64,000 nt of DNA from an uncultured Solirubrobacterales bacterium (GTDB lineage: Bacteria; Actinomycetota; Thermoleophilia; Solirubrobacterales; JACPNS01). Made by a program: the position numbers and the translations under genes. The first letter of the stretch is position 1, and every line of letters begins with the position of its first letter. Where the stretch lies: NCBI GenBank assembly GCA_937128795.1, contig CAKZMQ010000022.1:28511-92510 (forward strand), written 5' to 3'. The notes beneath the pieces are model-generated. The model saw only the letters and a program-made list of their open reading frames with translations, ran no database searches and was not told the origin of the DNA. Positions 18,566 through 29,100 of this stretch are shown piece after piece.

Positions 18566-19489
18566 TCAGGATTTCGCGCTGAGCGCGAGCGCGATGCCGT
18601 AGAGAAGGTCGCGCTCGGAGACGACAACCTGGTCGAGGGCAAAGACTTCCATCGCCACCTGCAGGATCGCTGCTCCGGCGACGATCGTTGGCGCGCGATC
18701 GGGGTGCAGACCGACGACCTCGCGGCGCTCTGCGAGCGGAAGCGCCGCCAACCGATCGAGCAGTGCGTCGCAGGCGCTTCTGGTGATCGCGTAGTCGTGG
18801 ACCTTCCACGGATCGAAGGGTTCAAGCGCCTGATCGACTGCAGCGAGCACGGTTGGCGTACCGGCGACGGCCACTGCCCGAACGACGCCGCCGCGCCACT
18901 GCGCGGGTATCGCTTGTTCAAGCAGTGCTGTCGATTCCTCGGTCAGGCTTTGCAGTTCGCTTTTTGTCGGAGGATCGCGGTGCAGGAAGCGTTCGCTGTG
19001 ACGCACGGCGCCAAGGTTGGTCGACGTGTTGAAGCGCAGCTCGCCCTGCTCGCCGACGATGAACTCGGTGCTGCCGCCGCCGATGTCCACGACTAGGGTG
19101 CGAGCACCATCGGCAAACGCCGAACCGGTCGCGACGCCTGCGAACGTGAGCTCGGCTTCGCGAGTTCCGTCGATCACGTCGATTGCGATCCCATGCCTGC
19201 GCAGTATTTGAGCGGCAAACTCGGCGCCGTTCGCCGCGTCACGCACCGCGCTCGTCGCGATGCCACCGACGCGCTCGCACCCCGCCGCCTTCAACTCCCG
19301 CGAGTATCCGGCCAGCGCCTCGTGGACTCGTTCACAGGAATCTGCGGCGAGGCGACCGCTGCTATCCACCCCATCGCCGAGCCGCGTGACGGTCGAACGG
19401 CGGAATAGCTCTTCGACTCGGCCGTCGCGGACGTCCGCCACCAGCAGGCGGGTTGAATTACTGCCGATATCGACTGCTGCGATGCGCAT
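18566..19489 (-). CDS. Ppx/GppA-family phosphatase (exopolyphosphatase)
   Basis: N-terminal MRIAAVDIGSNSTRLLVADV and a later VVDIGGGSTEF; both are ASKHA-fold phosphate-binding motifs. Confidence 0.85.
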   Translation of the reverse strand: MRIAAVDIGSNSTRLLVADVRDGRVEELFRRSTVTRLGDGVDSSGRLAADSCERVHEALAGYSRELKAAGCERVGGIATSAVRDAANGAEFAAQILRRHGIAIDVIDGTREAELTFAGVATGSAFADGARTLVVDIGGGSTEFIVGEQGELRFNTSTNLGAVRHSERFLHRDPPTKSELQSLTEESTALLEQAIPAQWRGGVVRAVAVAGTPTVLAAVDQALEPFDPWKVHDYAITRSACDALLDRLAALPLAERREVVGLHPDRAPTIVAGAAILQVAMEVFALDQVVVSERDLLYGIALALSAKS

Positions 19490-19530
19490 GGTGCAAAACC
19501 TCGGTCAATTCCGGGGTCGGCCGATCGTAG

Positions 19531-19941
19531 ATGCAAGTTCGGAGTAACATCCGCGCCGTGAACACCACCAAAGACACCGCGGTCAACAAATGGATCACTT
19601 TCGCCGGCGTGATGCTGCTGATCGGCGGCACGCTCAACGTGATCGAATCGATCGCCATGCTCGCCAACGACAATCGATTCGACTCGGCCGAGCTGCTGTT
19701 CGCGAACCTGACCGCGTGGGGAGTCATTCATCTGATCGTCGGCGGCCTTCAATTCCTCGCCGCGGGTCTGCTCTTTCAACGTCGCGCCGGTGGCGTTGTA
19801 CTGGCGATCACGATCGCCTCGATCAGTGGCATCGCGCACTTCATGACGATTGGTGTGTACCCGCTCTGGTCAGTCACCGTGATGGCGATCAACTTCGCGA
19901 TCATCTTTGGACTGCTCAGCAACGACGACGCGTTCGGCTAA
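19531..19941 (+). CDS. small integral membrane protein (4 predicted TM helices)
   Basis: 136-aa ORF with four hydrophobic stretches filling an otherwise empty gap. The start is uncertain (an in-frame GTG at 19558 is also possible). Confidence 0.55.
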   Translation: MQVRSNIRAVNTTKDTAVNKWITFAGVMLLIGGTLNVIESIAMLANDNRFDSAELLFANLTAWGVIHLIVGGLQFLAAGLLFQRRAGGVVLAITIASISGIAHFMTIGVYPLWSVTVMAINFAIIFGLLSNDDAFG

Positions 19942-19956
19942 GTCGACCAAGCAGAG

Positions 19957-21096
19957 TCAGACGGCACCGGTCGGCGGTGCTGCGCCTATGCCGACGTCCG
20001 TCGTCGGCGCGAAACCGTCTGTCCGCCACGCGCGGATTCGTGAGAGCGTGCCCGAAACCGTCGCAACCAGCGGCACGGCGAGTATCCCGCCGGCAACTCC
20101 GCCGAGCACCGTGCCGACCATCACCGAACTGAGCGTGACGATCGGCGGCAGATTGACGCGCGTGCCGATCACGAACGGTGAGATGAAATAGCTCTTGAAC
20201 TGCGAGACGAAGAGGTAGATCAGACCCATGCCGATCGCCGCCCCCACCCCCTGCGAGGCCAGCGCAATCGCGACGATAGTGAAGGCGGCTATCCAGGCTC
20301 CGACTATCGGCAGAAACGCAGCGACGAAGATGATGATCGCGATCGGCATCAACAACGGCAGATCCAGCAACCACGCGCCAAATGTGATCGCGAGCGAGTT
20401 GAAGACCGCCACGATCGACGTTCCCTGTAGGTATGCAGCGAGCGTGCTGTAAGCGCTGCGGCCAAGGTCATCGATCGCTGGTCTGCGTGGCTCCTCCACA
20501 AAACCCAGCGCCCAGCTCCAGTACCGATCGCCGTCGCGCAGGATGTAACCGGTCATCACGATCGCAAGCGCCAAAGTCACGATCGCCTGCCCGACGATCG
20601 GAACGATCGTGCCTAGCCCCGAGACCAACGCTTCCTTGATCTCCGGACCCGCGGCTTGAAGCTTGTCGGTGACCGCCTGGGCCTGCGAAGGATCAATGTT
20701 GAACGGTGAGCCTTCGAGCACGCGCTTGAGATCTTCGGTCGAATCGTAAAGCGTGGAGGCGAAGTTGTTCGCGTTTGAGATCAGCGGTGGGATCGTGACC
20801 AGCGCGATTCCAAGCAGGACGAGCAGCGCGACACCGACCGTCGCGGTGGCAGCGAGGCCGCTGGACCAGCCCTTTTCGCGCAGCCATTGTGCAAGCGGCG
20901 AAAGGATCGAGCTGACGAGAATCGCAACCAGCAGCGGAATCACGATGAAGCTCAATTGGATCAGCACGAAGACGACGACGGCGAGAGCGATGAAGCAAAC
21001 CAGGAAACGCCAGGAAAGCCCGGCGAGAAGATCAAGCAGCGTCCAGGGCTGCTGAGGTTCGGGCGGATTGATCGAGCTGGCCTGAGAATCACTCAT
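19957..21096 (-). CDS. AI-2E family (PerM/UPF0118) transporter
   Basis: 379 aa with about 8 TM segments. The C-terminal block FLPIVGAWIAAF...ALIYLFVSQF...ISPFVIG is typical of the family. Confidence 0.75.
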   Translation of the reverse strand: MSDSQASSINPPEPQQPWTLLDLLAGLSWRFLVCFIALAVVVFVLIQLSFIVIPLLVAILVSSILSPLAQWLREKGWSSGLAATATVGVALLVLLGIALVTIPPLISNANNFASTLYDSTEDLKRVLEGSPFNIDPSQAQAVTDKLQAAGPEIKEALVSGLGTIVPIVGQAIVTLALAIVMTGYILRDGDRYWSWALGFVEEPRRPAIDDLGRSAYSTLAAYLQGTSIVAVFNSLAITFGAWLLDLPLLMPIAIIIFVAAFLPIVGAWIAAFTIVAIALASQGVGAAIGMGLIYLFVSQFKSYFISPFVIGTRVNLPPIVTLSSVMVGTVLGGVAGGILAVPLVATVSGTLSRIRAWRTDGFAPTTDVGIGAAPPTGAV

Positions 21097-21118
21097 CCGC
21101 GCTCAGGCTACCGGTGGA

Positions 21119-23197
21119 CTAAGCGGCAGCGTTGTCGGCGGTGGGGCGTAGACCGGCTTCTGCGAGCCACTTGACCAATACGTCATGCATCGCACCTGCC
21201 CCGATGATTTCTCCGGGTGCTTCGCTCCACCGACTGGGAACAAAGGCGAAGGGCATCGCTTGATACCCGCCGAGTCCGCCGTGAGATCCGACCAGTTCTT
21301 CGAACGCGGCGACCTCTCCCGAGGCCGGGTCGTACATGCTCACGACGTATACGTCTGGCGCGTTGCTGAAGCGTGCGTTGCGGGCGAGATGACGGGCTGC
21401 GTGCTTTCCGTAGTGCTCGATCGGATCGCGGCCTTCGACGCGGCCGTCGTCGAGGTAGTGAACACCGTCCGGCCCGATCGCGACCGGTCCTTCGCCGTCC
21501 GTCATTACACAGACAAAGCCGACGCCGGGGTGCGTTGCGAGCGTCGTGATCAGCCCCGGGTGCTTGGCGTCGAGACCTTCGCGGGTAAGGCGCTGCTGCT
21601 CACGTGGCATGTAGATCAAACCGAGATTGCCAGAAGCGAGAACGATCGTGTCGGGCTTCTCATCTTCGGACTCGATCTGCAGCTCTTCAGCTTTGGACCT
21701 TTGCTCGTCGCCGAACTGGATGTCGTCATCCACGGTGTGAGATTTGACCGCGCTGCGCACGGCGGTTGCCGTCGCACCCTGCGCGTTGGCAACCTGCGTC
21801 ACTGCGCCGCCGATATTGCCCCATGCCTCGTCTGCCGCGGCCACCGCGGCAACGGTGGCGTCCTCCGATACCGCGCGCTTGACGACGTCCTCGAGAGTTT
21901 CGTCGAAGCGTGTCAGGAACGTTGCCCCCTGACTCTGGCCGTGGTCAGAAAGCACGACGAACTGATAGGGACGCGGCGCAAACTCTGCGATCCGTTCAAG
22001 CTTGGCGAACTGCTGGTCGAGGCGGCGAAGCACATCCAGCGCATCACGGCGTTCGATGCCGCTGTGGTGGGCAACTTCGTCGTAGCCGACGAACGTCGCG
22101 TAACTCACCGGTACCCCTTCGAACATGTCGCCGACCAGAGAAAAGATGTTGAAGTCGCGCATGATCACGGTCATGCCGCAGCGGAGCAGCGGGTAGATAC
22201 CACCGCGGTCGACGCGTGGTTGGACGTCGAGCCGCTTCTGGCGCTTGGCCTCGACCTTCTCGGTCAAAACGTCCCATACGGAGAGCGAAATCGTGCGCGG
22301 CGGGTTGTACGGATCAGCGAAGTAGGCGTAGAAGTCGCGCGAGTAAAGCTTGTCGCGCACGCGACTGAGCGTGAGCAACGAGCGCGGTGCATCGCCCGAG
22401 ACGAGGTTGCCGCGACTCGTGCCGTCGTATGCCAGCAGGCCTTTGCCGTTGCTCAAGCGCTTCTCGACCTCGGCGATGTCCTTGGCGCTCGACGAAGTGA
22501 CGATCTGGCCGGTCTTGCGTTCATACCACCGAAACGCCGGGATGTCTTCGTTGCTTCCAAGCAGTAGCCCGGCCTGGCTGGCACTGGTTTGTGACGAGAG
22601 GTCGCACTCCCAGGGGACGATTCGATGCGAGCCTTCCTGCATCCAGCGGGCGAGCGTTGGCATGTGGCCGTTGGTGATCGCTCGCCGCAGGATCGGCTCG
22701 GCCAGACCGTCGATCTCAAGGAAGAACACTCCGGGAACTTCCGTGTAGTTGACCGTGCGTCCCTGCTTGCGCGCCGCTCTTTTGATCGATCGCAGCACTA
22801 CGCGTTCGTAGTACCAGTCACGGTCGCCGATCGCGAACACGGTGTTGGCAACGATGTTGGCGACCGTCAGGATCACACCCGCCACCGCGGCTGGAAGTAG
22901 TTCAACTGTGCCGCCTGCAACTGCCTCGGTGGCGACCGCGATCATCAGGCCGGTAAGCAGGATCGAGCCGATTCCCATCGTGAACACCGCGAAGCGAAGC
23001 GCTGCCGAGATCACCAGCGGCCAGAGCAGCGCGTTTGCGACCATCACGAAGAACGCGATCAGCACGGCGTCGCCGAATGATGGGATGACGAAATCCGGAA
23101 GCACCTTCGCTGCCCAAACGAGTACCAATCCGTTGAAGAGAATCAACGCGAACGCGCGAAGCAGCGAGCCGAGGATCGATTTGGCGCGACCGGTCAA
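21119..23197 (-). CDS. membrane-anchored alkaline-phosphatase-superfamily phosphodiesterase (N-terminal 4-TM holin-like domain)
   Basis: An N-terminal TM block (VLIAFFVMVANALLWPLVISAAL...) is followed by a type I phosphodiesterase-like domain (FFLEIDGLAEP..., DEVAHHSG, VLSDHGQSQG). The proposed TTG start at 23197 forms a TTGA overlap with the upstream MBL gene stop. The ORF extension to 23455 overlaps that gene. Confidence 0.65.
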   Translation of the reverse strand: MTGRAKSILGSLLRAFALILFNGLVLVWAAKVLPDFVIPSFGDAVLIAFFVMVANALLWPLVISAALRFAVFTMGIGSILLTGLMIAVATEAVAGGTVELLPAAVAGVILTVANIVANTVFAIGDRDWYYERVVLRSIKRAARKQGRTVNYTEVPGVFFLEIDGLAEPILRRAITNGHMPTLARWMQEGSHRIVPWECDLSSQTSASQAGLLLGSNEDIPAFRWYERKTGQIVTSSSAKDIAEVEKRLSNGKGLLAYDGTSRGNLVSGDAPRSLLTLSRVRDKLYSRDFYAYFADPYNPPRTISLSVWDVLTEKVEAKRQKRLDVQPRVDRGGIYPLLRCGMTVIMRDFNIFSLVGDMFEGVPVSYATFVGYDEVAHHSGIERRDALDVLRRLDQQFAKLERIAEFAPRPYQFVVLSDHGQSQGATFLTRFDETLEDVVKRAVSEDATVAAVAAADEAWGNIGGAVTQVANAQGATATAVRSAVKSHTVDDDIQFGDEQRSKAEELQIESEDEKPDTIVLASGNLGLIYMPREQQRLTREGLDAKHPGLITTLATHPGVGFVCVMTDGEGPVAIGPDGVHYLDDGRVEGRDPIEHYGKHAARHLARNARFSNAPDVYVVSMYDPASGEVAAFEELVGSHGGLGGYQAMPFAFVPSRWSEAPGEIIGAGAMHDVLVKWLAEAGLRPTADNAAA

Positions 23198-23997
23198 GAC
23201 GCGGCTCCGTACCGCTTGAGATCGGCAGACGACCCCGGCTCGATCAGTTCGACGCGGGTCGTCACGCCGAGCTTTTCGACCAGCCGTTTGAACTCGCGCG
23301 GAGGATTCGTCAAAAGGTCTGGGCGACGCTTTGCCATCGTCGCCGGAAGGTACCCACCCCAGTGGATGGGCACGGCAATCTTCGGGCGAATCAGTTCTAC
23401 GGCTTCGGCCGCCCGGCCGGGGTCGAGATGCCCCTCGCCGAGCTTCGGACCCCAACCCCAGACCGGCAGCAGCGCAAGGTCCAGGTCGGGCCCGAAGTGC
23501 TCCATCTCGGCAAACAAGTCTGTGTCGCCGGCGAAGTAGAACGATTGCGAGCCGCGCGCGAGAAATCCCAGCGTTTCGGCGTGGCGATGCCAGGGCATAC
23601 GCTTGCCGCGGTGAACCGCGTCAGTCGCATGCACGGTCAGGCCATGGGCTTCGACCTCCTGCCCTGCCGAGACACCGATGACGTCTTTGAATCCGAGGCC
23701 GCGCATCAGATTCACGGTGTCGTTGGGGACGATCACCTTGATGTCTTTCGGCAGCAACTTCAGTGAGCGCCGATCGAGATGGTCGAGGTGCGAATGAGAG
23801 ATCAGCAACAGATCTGCACGCGTGTACTCCTCGAGTTCGATCGGTGGAGCGTGACGTTGCAGGTGCAGCAGGTAGCTGCGAAAGAGCGGATCGGTCAGGA
23901 CCCGAACGCCATCGATGTCGATCAGCACGGTCGAGTGGCCGCCGAAGGCCACCCGAAACGGATCACTCCCCTGCACTTGCGCATCGGCATTGCTCAT
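23194..23997 (-). CDS. MBL-fold metallo-hydrolase
   Basis: HxHxDH motif (LISHSHLDHLD) and a later His (VPIHWG). Confidence 0.8.
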   Translation of the reverse strand: MSNADAQVQGSDPFRVAFGGHSTVLIDIDGVRVLTDPLFRSYLLHLQRHAPPIELEEYTRADLLLISHSHLDHLDRRSLKLLPKDIKVIVPNDTVNLMRGLGFKDVIGVSAGQEVEAHGLTVHATDAVHRGKRMPWHRHAETLGFLARGSQSFYFAGDTDLFAEMEHFGPDLDLALLPVWGWGPKLGEGHLDPGRAAEAVELIRPKIAVPIHWGGYLPATMAKRRPDLLTNPPREFKRLVEKLGVTTRVELIEPGSSADLKRYGAAS

Positions 23998-24015
23998 GCA
24001 GGGGATTGTGACGGA

Positions 24016-24627
24016 CTAGGTGAGTTCTTTGTTTGCGTGGCGTAGCTGGAACGCGATCACGATCTGCGTTATTCCGCGGGCCATCGAAGCGGCAGCGACA
24101 AACACGATCAGCAGCACCGCCTTGCGACCGAAGTATCCGGCCGCCCAGAATGCCAAGCCGATTTCAACGATACCGAGCACCAGCGTGAGCCACCAGAGCT
24201 CTGCATCGCGGTCGGACAGCGCGAGGACGATGTCGAACGTTCCTTTGAAAAGCAGGAACCAGCCGATCACAGCGGCCAATGCGACAAAAGTGTTCTGCGG
24301 CGTCATCAGTGCGACGATTCCGACGATGATCAGGATCACGCCAAGGATCGCGTAGGCGACGCGCCATTTGTCGACGAGCATCGACATCATCAGGTCAGTG
24401 GCTCCGGCGGCGATGAACACGATTCCCGCGAGAATGCCGACGGTCGTCACCGAGCTGGCGTCGAAACGCAGGACTATCAGTGAGACGATCAGCCAGGCGA
24501 TGCCGACGATCAGCGGTATCCACCAGAGTCTGGTGACTGCTTTCATAGGGTCGAGTTGCCCGGGAGCGGCGGTTTCCATTTGCGATCTCCTTCTTTCGGA
24601 TGAGGGCGTGGTATCGACCGCGAGCAC
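24016..24627 (-). CDS. HdeD/DUF308-family membrane protein
   Basis: 203 aa with six hydrophobic helices and the repeated DUF308 pattern (WWIPLIVGIAWLIVSLIVL...). Confidence 0.65.
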   Translation of the reverse strand: MLAVDTTPSSERRRSQMETAAPGQLDPMKAVTRLWWIPLIVGIAWLIVSLIVLRFDASSVTTVGILAGIVFIAAGATDLMMSMLVDKWRVAYAILGVILIIVGIVALMTPQNTFVALAAVIGWFLLFKGTFDIVLALSDRDAELWWLTLVLGIVEIGLAFWAAGYFGRKAVLLIVFVAAASMARGITQIVIAFQLRHANKELT

Positions 24628-24714
24628 GTGAAGACACCAAACGAGGGGTTCGACCCGTGCCGGTGCAATACCTGCTGCGCGAACCCCCGCGCGATCCCGT
24701 AGGATGCGGCGCTA

Positions 24715-26145
24715 ATGCCCGACGAACCAAACAAAGCCGCAGATGAACCGACGGCGAAGTCGACGACCGCGGAGGACACCACGGTCGTCAGTGACGTCGC
24801 AGAGTCCGGCCCACCCACCTCCCCCAAGCTTGGGGTCGGCATCGCGATCATGCTCGTTCTTGCCACGCTGGCAACGCTGCTTGCGTTCATCGCCCTGTGG
24901 GCAAATCGTCAGATCCTCTCGACCGACCAATGGACCAAGACAAGCACTGAACTGCTCGAAGAACCCGCCGTGCGCGACGCACTTGCCGAGTACCTGGTCA
25001 CTGAGCTCTTCGACAACGTCGACGTCCAGGGAGAGCTTGAAACCAATTTGCCCGACTCGCTGCAAGGCCTCGCGGGCCCGGCAACCGGTGGACTTCGGCA
25101 GTTGGCACTGCGAGGCGCAAACGCGGCGTTGGAGACGCCGGCGTTTCAGACGGCGTGGAGGAACGCCAACGAACTCGCCCACAAGCAATTGATCAGCGCG
25201 CTCGAAGGCGGCAACGAGCGAATCTCCACCGAGGGTGGCGTGGTGAAGATCGATACTCGCCTGCTGCTTTCCGATTTGGCCAAGCAGATCGGACTGCCAA
25301 CGAGCCTGATCGACAAACTTCCGGCGGCCGTGGGTGAATTCACGGTGTTGCAGTCGGACGAGTTGGAGAAGGCGCAGAAGGCAGAATCCGCGCTCAGGGG
25401 CATGACCTGGGTATTTGGCTTGTTGGCGCTCGGTCTCTATGTGCTGTCGATCTGGCTCGCGGCCGGTCGACGGCGTCGCGCGGTGTTTTTCAGCGGCCTG
25501 TCGTTCATGTCGGTCGGCCTGCTGATCCTGCTGATCCACTCGTTCGCCAAGGCGCCGCTTGTCGACGGACTCGCTTCGACCAGTTCGCTGGTGCCCGCAG
25601 TGGGCGACGTTTACGACGTCTCAACCGAGCTGCTTTCGCAGATGGCCTTCTCTTTCTTCATCTCCGGACTGCTCGTGATGGCAGCCTCCTGGCTTGCCGG
25701 GCCATACCGCTACGCAGTCGGATTCCGTCGCGCCGTCGCTCCATACCTGCGTGACTATCTGCCGCTGTCGATCGCCTTCGTCGCGATTCTGTTCTTGCTC
25801 GTGGTCTGGTGGGCACCAACGCAGGGCTTCCGGACAACCGCCGGGCTATCGCTGAACCTGTTGCTGGCGATCGCTGGATTCGCCGCGTTGACAGTCATTA
25901 CGCGCCGCGAGTTTCCAGATGCCGAGGCTGCGGATCTGTCAGCCGTCGGCGATTGGTTCGGCAGGCACTGGTCGAACGCTCGTGACTGGACCAGCGAACG
26001 CGCCCGGTCAATCGATGTGCCGAAGATCGGTTCAAGCGAGCCCGACCGGATCGACGAGCTCGAGCGGCTGCAGAAGTTGCACGAATCTGGCGCGCTGACC
26101 GACGAGGAGTTTTCCTCCGCCAAGCGCAAACTGCTCGACGACTAA
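24715..26145 (+). CDS. membrane protein with C-terminal SHOCT domain
   Basis: There are several TM segments. The C-terminus ELERLQKLHESGALTDEEFSSAKRKLL matches the SHOCT short C-terminal domain. Confidence 0.65.
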   Translation: MPDEPNKAADEPTAKSTTAEDTTVVSDVAESGPPTSPKLGVGIAIMLVLATLATLLAFIALWANRQILSTDQWTKTSTELLEEPAVRDALAEYLVTELFDNVDVQGELETNLPDSLQGLAGPATGGLRQLALRGANAALETPAFQTAWRNANELAHKQLISALEGGNERISTEGGVVKIDTRLLLSDLAKQIGLPTSLIDKLPAAVGEFTVLQSDELEKAQKAESALRGMTWVFGLLALGLYVLSIWLAAGRRRRAVFFSGLSFMSVGLLILLIHSFAKAPLVDGLASTSSLVPAVGDVYDVSTELLSQMAFSFFISGLLVMAASWLAGPYRYAVGFRRAVAPYLRDYLPLSIAFVAILFLLVVWWAPTQGFRTTAGLSLNLLLAIAGFAALTVITRREFPDAEAADLSAVGDWFGRHWSNARDWTSERARSIDVPKIGSSEPDRIDELERLQKLHESGALTDEEFSSAKRKLLDD

Positions 26146-26157
26146 ACGCTTAGATCG

Positions 26158-29100
26158 TCACCGGAATCGGCCGGCCGCAGACGCGCGCGAGCCGGCGTCC
26201 GTGCGAACCGTGGCCTTGAAGAGAACGCGTACTTTGTTGCGACGTGCCCTTCGAACCGACCTGTAGAGACGTCGGTTCATGCGGAACTTGACTTTGCGCG
26301 TCTTCGGCGTCGCTCCGATCCGTCTGAGTTTCAGAGTGGAGCGGCGTTTTCTGCCAGATACGACCATCCGCACCCAACAGCCCTGGCTGCAGCGCACTCG
26401 CGCGTATATGGTCCGCGTCACCTTCTTGCGTCGCGGGACAGAAAGCGCGAACCTCTCGGTCGGCAATTGACCGGCACCGCCGTTGGGATTGTTCGGTGGC
26501 GGCGGGACAACGGGCGGAGGCGGAACGGGATTCGCCCGTACGACCGCGATCGCACTTGAGCCGCTGCCGTAGTCGTTCGAACAGTTTACGACGATCGTGT
26601 TCGCCCCGAGTGCCAGGCCGATCATCGACGGGCTGGTTGCGGCCACGCCGTTGACCGTGCAGGCGACGGGTGCTGTGCCGGTTGAACTGAATCCGACGAT
26701 GGCCGATCCTGCTGATGTTTGCGATCCGTGGGTCGGCGCAGTGATCTGCACTGCCGGCGCGAGGCCGCGATTGACAGTGATCGCGTCGCTGTCGCTGCCG
26801 AAATCGTTTGCACAGACGACCTCGATCGAATTTGCGCCGATCGGCAATTCACCGGTTGCCGGGCTGGTCGCGGCGATGCCATTGACGGTGCAGTCAACAG
26901 TTTCGGAGCCGGTGGTCGCGAACTCGACGGTGGTTGATGGCGCAGTTGTGAATGCGCCATCTTCAGGTGACGTGATATCGACCGTTGGCGCGTCGCCGCG
27001 ATTGACAGTGATCGTGTCGCTGCCCGGTTCGAAATCGTTCGAGCAGTTGACCACGATCGTGTTTGCACCCGGTTGGAGTGCGACTGTTGCCGGGCTGGTG
27101 ACCGTGTCGCCGTCGATCTCACAGGTGATTGGCGACGCGCCGCCCGTGGTGAATTCGACATCCACGGCTGCGGCAGTCGTATTCGTTCCGTCGATCGGCG
27201 AGGTGATCGAGACGGTTGCCGCGTTTCCATTCGAAACGGTGATCGAGTCGTTGCCCGTGCCGTAGTCGTTGGTGCAGCTCACTGTAATGACGTTGGCACC
27301 CGGCTCGAGGGTGACCGTTGCCGGACTCGTGACGGGGTTTCCGTCGATCTCGCAGCTCACCGGCGTCGTGCCTGCGGCGCTGAACGAAACGCTGACTTCG
27401 GCATCGGCCGTGCTCAGGCCATCGGACGGCGACGTGATGTCAACGGTGGGAGCATCGCCGCGATTGACCGATATCGCACTACTGGAGCTGCCGTACTCAT
27501 TCGAACAACTGACGACTATCGAGTTCGCGCCTGGAGCCAGCGCCACTGGTGCCGGACTCGTGGCGGCGTCGCCGTTGACGGCGCAGGCGACCGGTGCGGT
27601 TCCGGTCGAGTTGAATTCAACGTTGACTGAACTTTGTGTAGTGAGCAGACCGTCGGCCGGCGATGTGATCGAAACCGTCGGCGTTGTACCGCGATGGACG
27701 GTGATCGAGTCGCTGTCTGACCCGAAACTGTTTGCACAAACGACCTCGATTGAATTCGCTCCGACGATCAGATCAACCGTTGCCGGGCTTGTGGCGGCGT
27801 CGCCGTTGATGGTGCAGAGGACCGGCACAGTACCGTTCGAGGTGAATTCGACCGGTGCGTTGGAACCGGCGGTTTGGAAACCGTCAGCGGGCGTCGTGAT
27901 TTCGACCGTCGCCGGATCGTCAATCGGCCCGACGTAGACCGTGAACACATGGTTTACGCCGTTCCCGGCGTCGTCGATGCAGCCGATCGTGATCGTGTTG
28001 GGCCCGGGATCCAACGCAACCTCATCGCCGTTGTCCGCGTCGCACACGGGCGTCTCGTCGGAGTCGTCCGTGACCGTGAAATTGAGTGTTGCCGTAGTTT
28101 CCACCTGCGTCGAATCGGGCACTGGGTTGTGCAGCGTGACCACGGGCGGCGTTGTATCGGCGGACGTATCGAGGAACTCGGCATCGGTTTCGGTGACTTC
28201 GCCGGTTTCGACCTTGAGCGAGCTGATGCGCCCGCTGAAGCGCGTGCCGATTTCGTCGTAGTCGCCGGACTTGACCGTTGCGCAATCGGTGAACTCCTCG
28301 TCGCGGCAGACCTCGGCGTGGTATCCAGCGGCGATCGACAGCGATTCGATCGCGTTGTCCCCCACCGGAGTTAAATGCGCGCGCGCTGCGGAGAACTCAC
28401 CGAGGCCAAAGTCTTGCGACGCACCGTCGAGCTCTTTTTCGGCGAACGCTACGGCCGCCTCCGTTCTGTTGGCCAGTGGAAGCTCAGCACCGACCTGAAT
28501 CATCTTCGCGATCGACGGCACGCCATTCGAATCGATCAGAAACAACATGTAGAAACCCGGCGAAGCGTCGAAGGCGTTCTCTGGTGCGGTGATCGCGAGA
28601 GTGCCCGGCGTCGAATTGTCGAACTCCAGTGGCACGCGCCGCTGACCCTGGTCGGTTGCGTGGGTCGGCGCCGGGAGCTTGATCAACGTGACCTGGTCGA
28701 TCGTCGTCCCAGGATCTCCGAGTGAGTAGTCGACGTCGAACTCGTCGGTGTACTCGACCGGAGAAAGTACCTCTGCGCTGCCATCGAGAACCGTCGGCTC
28801 GGTGATCGCCGGTCGCTGCGACGCGTCGCGCGGGGAGCCGTCGCTGTTGAACAGATACGGCGGCGAGAAGAACTCAAAATTGGCCTCGCTGTACGAGTTG
28901 TGATAGCAAGGGCCGCACACCCCGCCGCCACCCGAAATGACACGGCCATCCGGCAACAGCATGGCCATTGAGTGGTACTGGCGAAGCTTCGAGGCCTCGT
29001 CCAGCAGCGTCCATGTATCGGTCTCTGGGTCCCAGATCTCGGCGGCGTAGACCGCGGCTTCGGGGTTCACGAGATCGTTGGCGAGATCGCCGCCATTGGC

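Noticed and set aside
21185-22567. 460-aa + strand ORF opposite the phosphodiesterase gene
   Set aside because: It is an antisense artefact with no motifs.
23198-23455. Upstream extension of ORF 21119-23455
   Set aside because: It overlaps the MBL-hydrolase coding region in another frame, and the sequence is Arg/Pro-rich filler.
26530-27915. Regular 231-bp tandem repeats as a possible CRISPR or satellite array
   Set aside because: The repeats are contiguous with no spacers, in frame, and encode Ig-like 77-aa modules of the 1584-aa protein.
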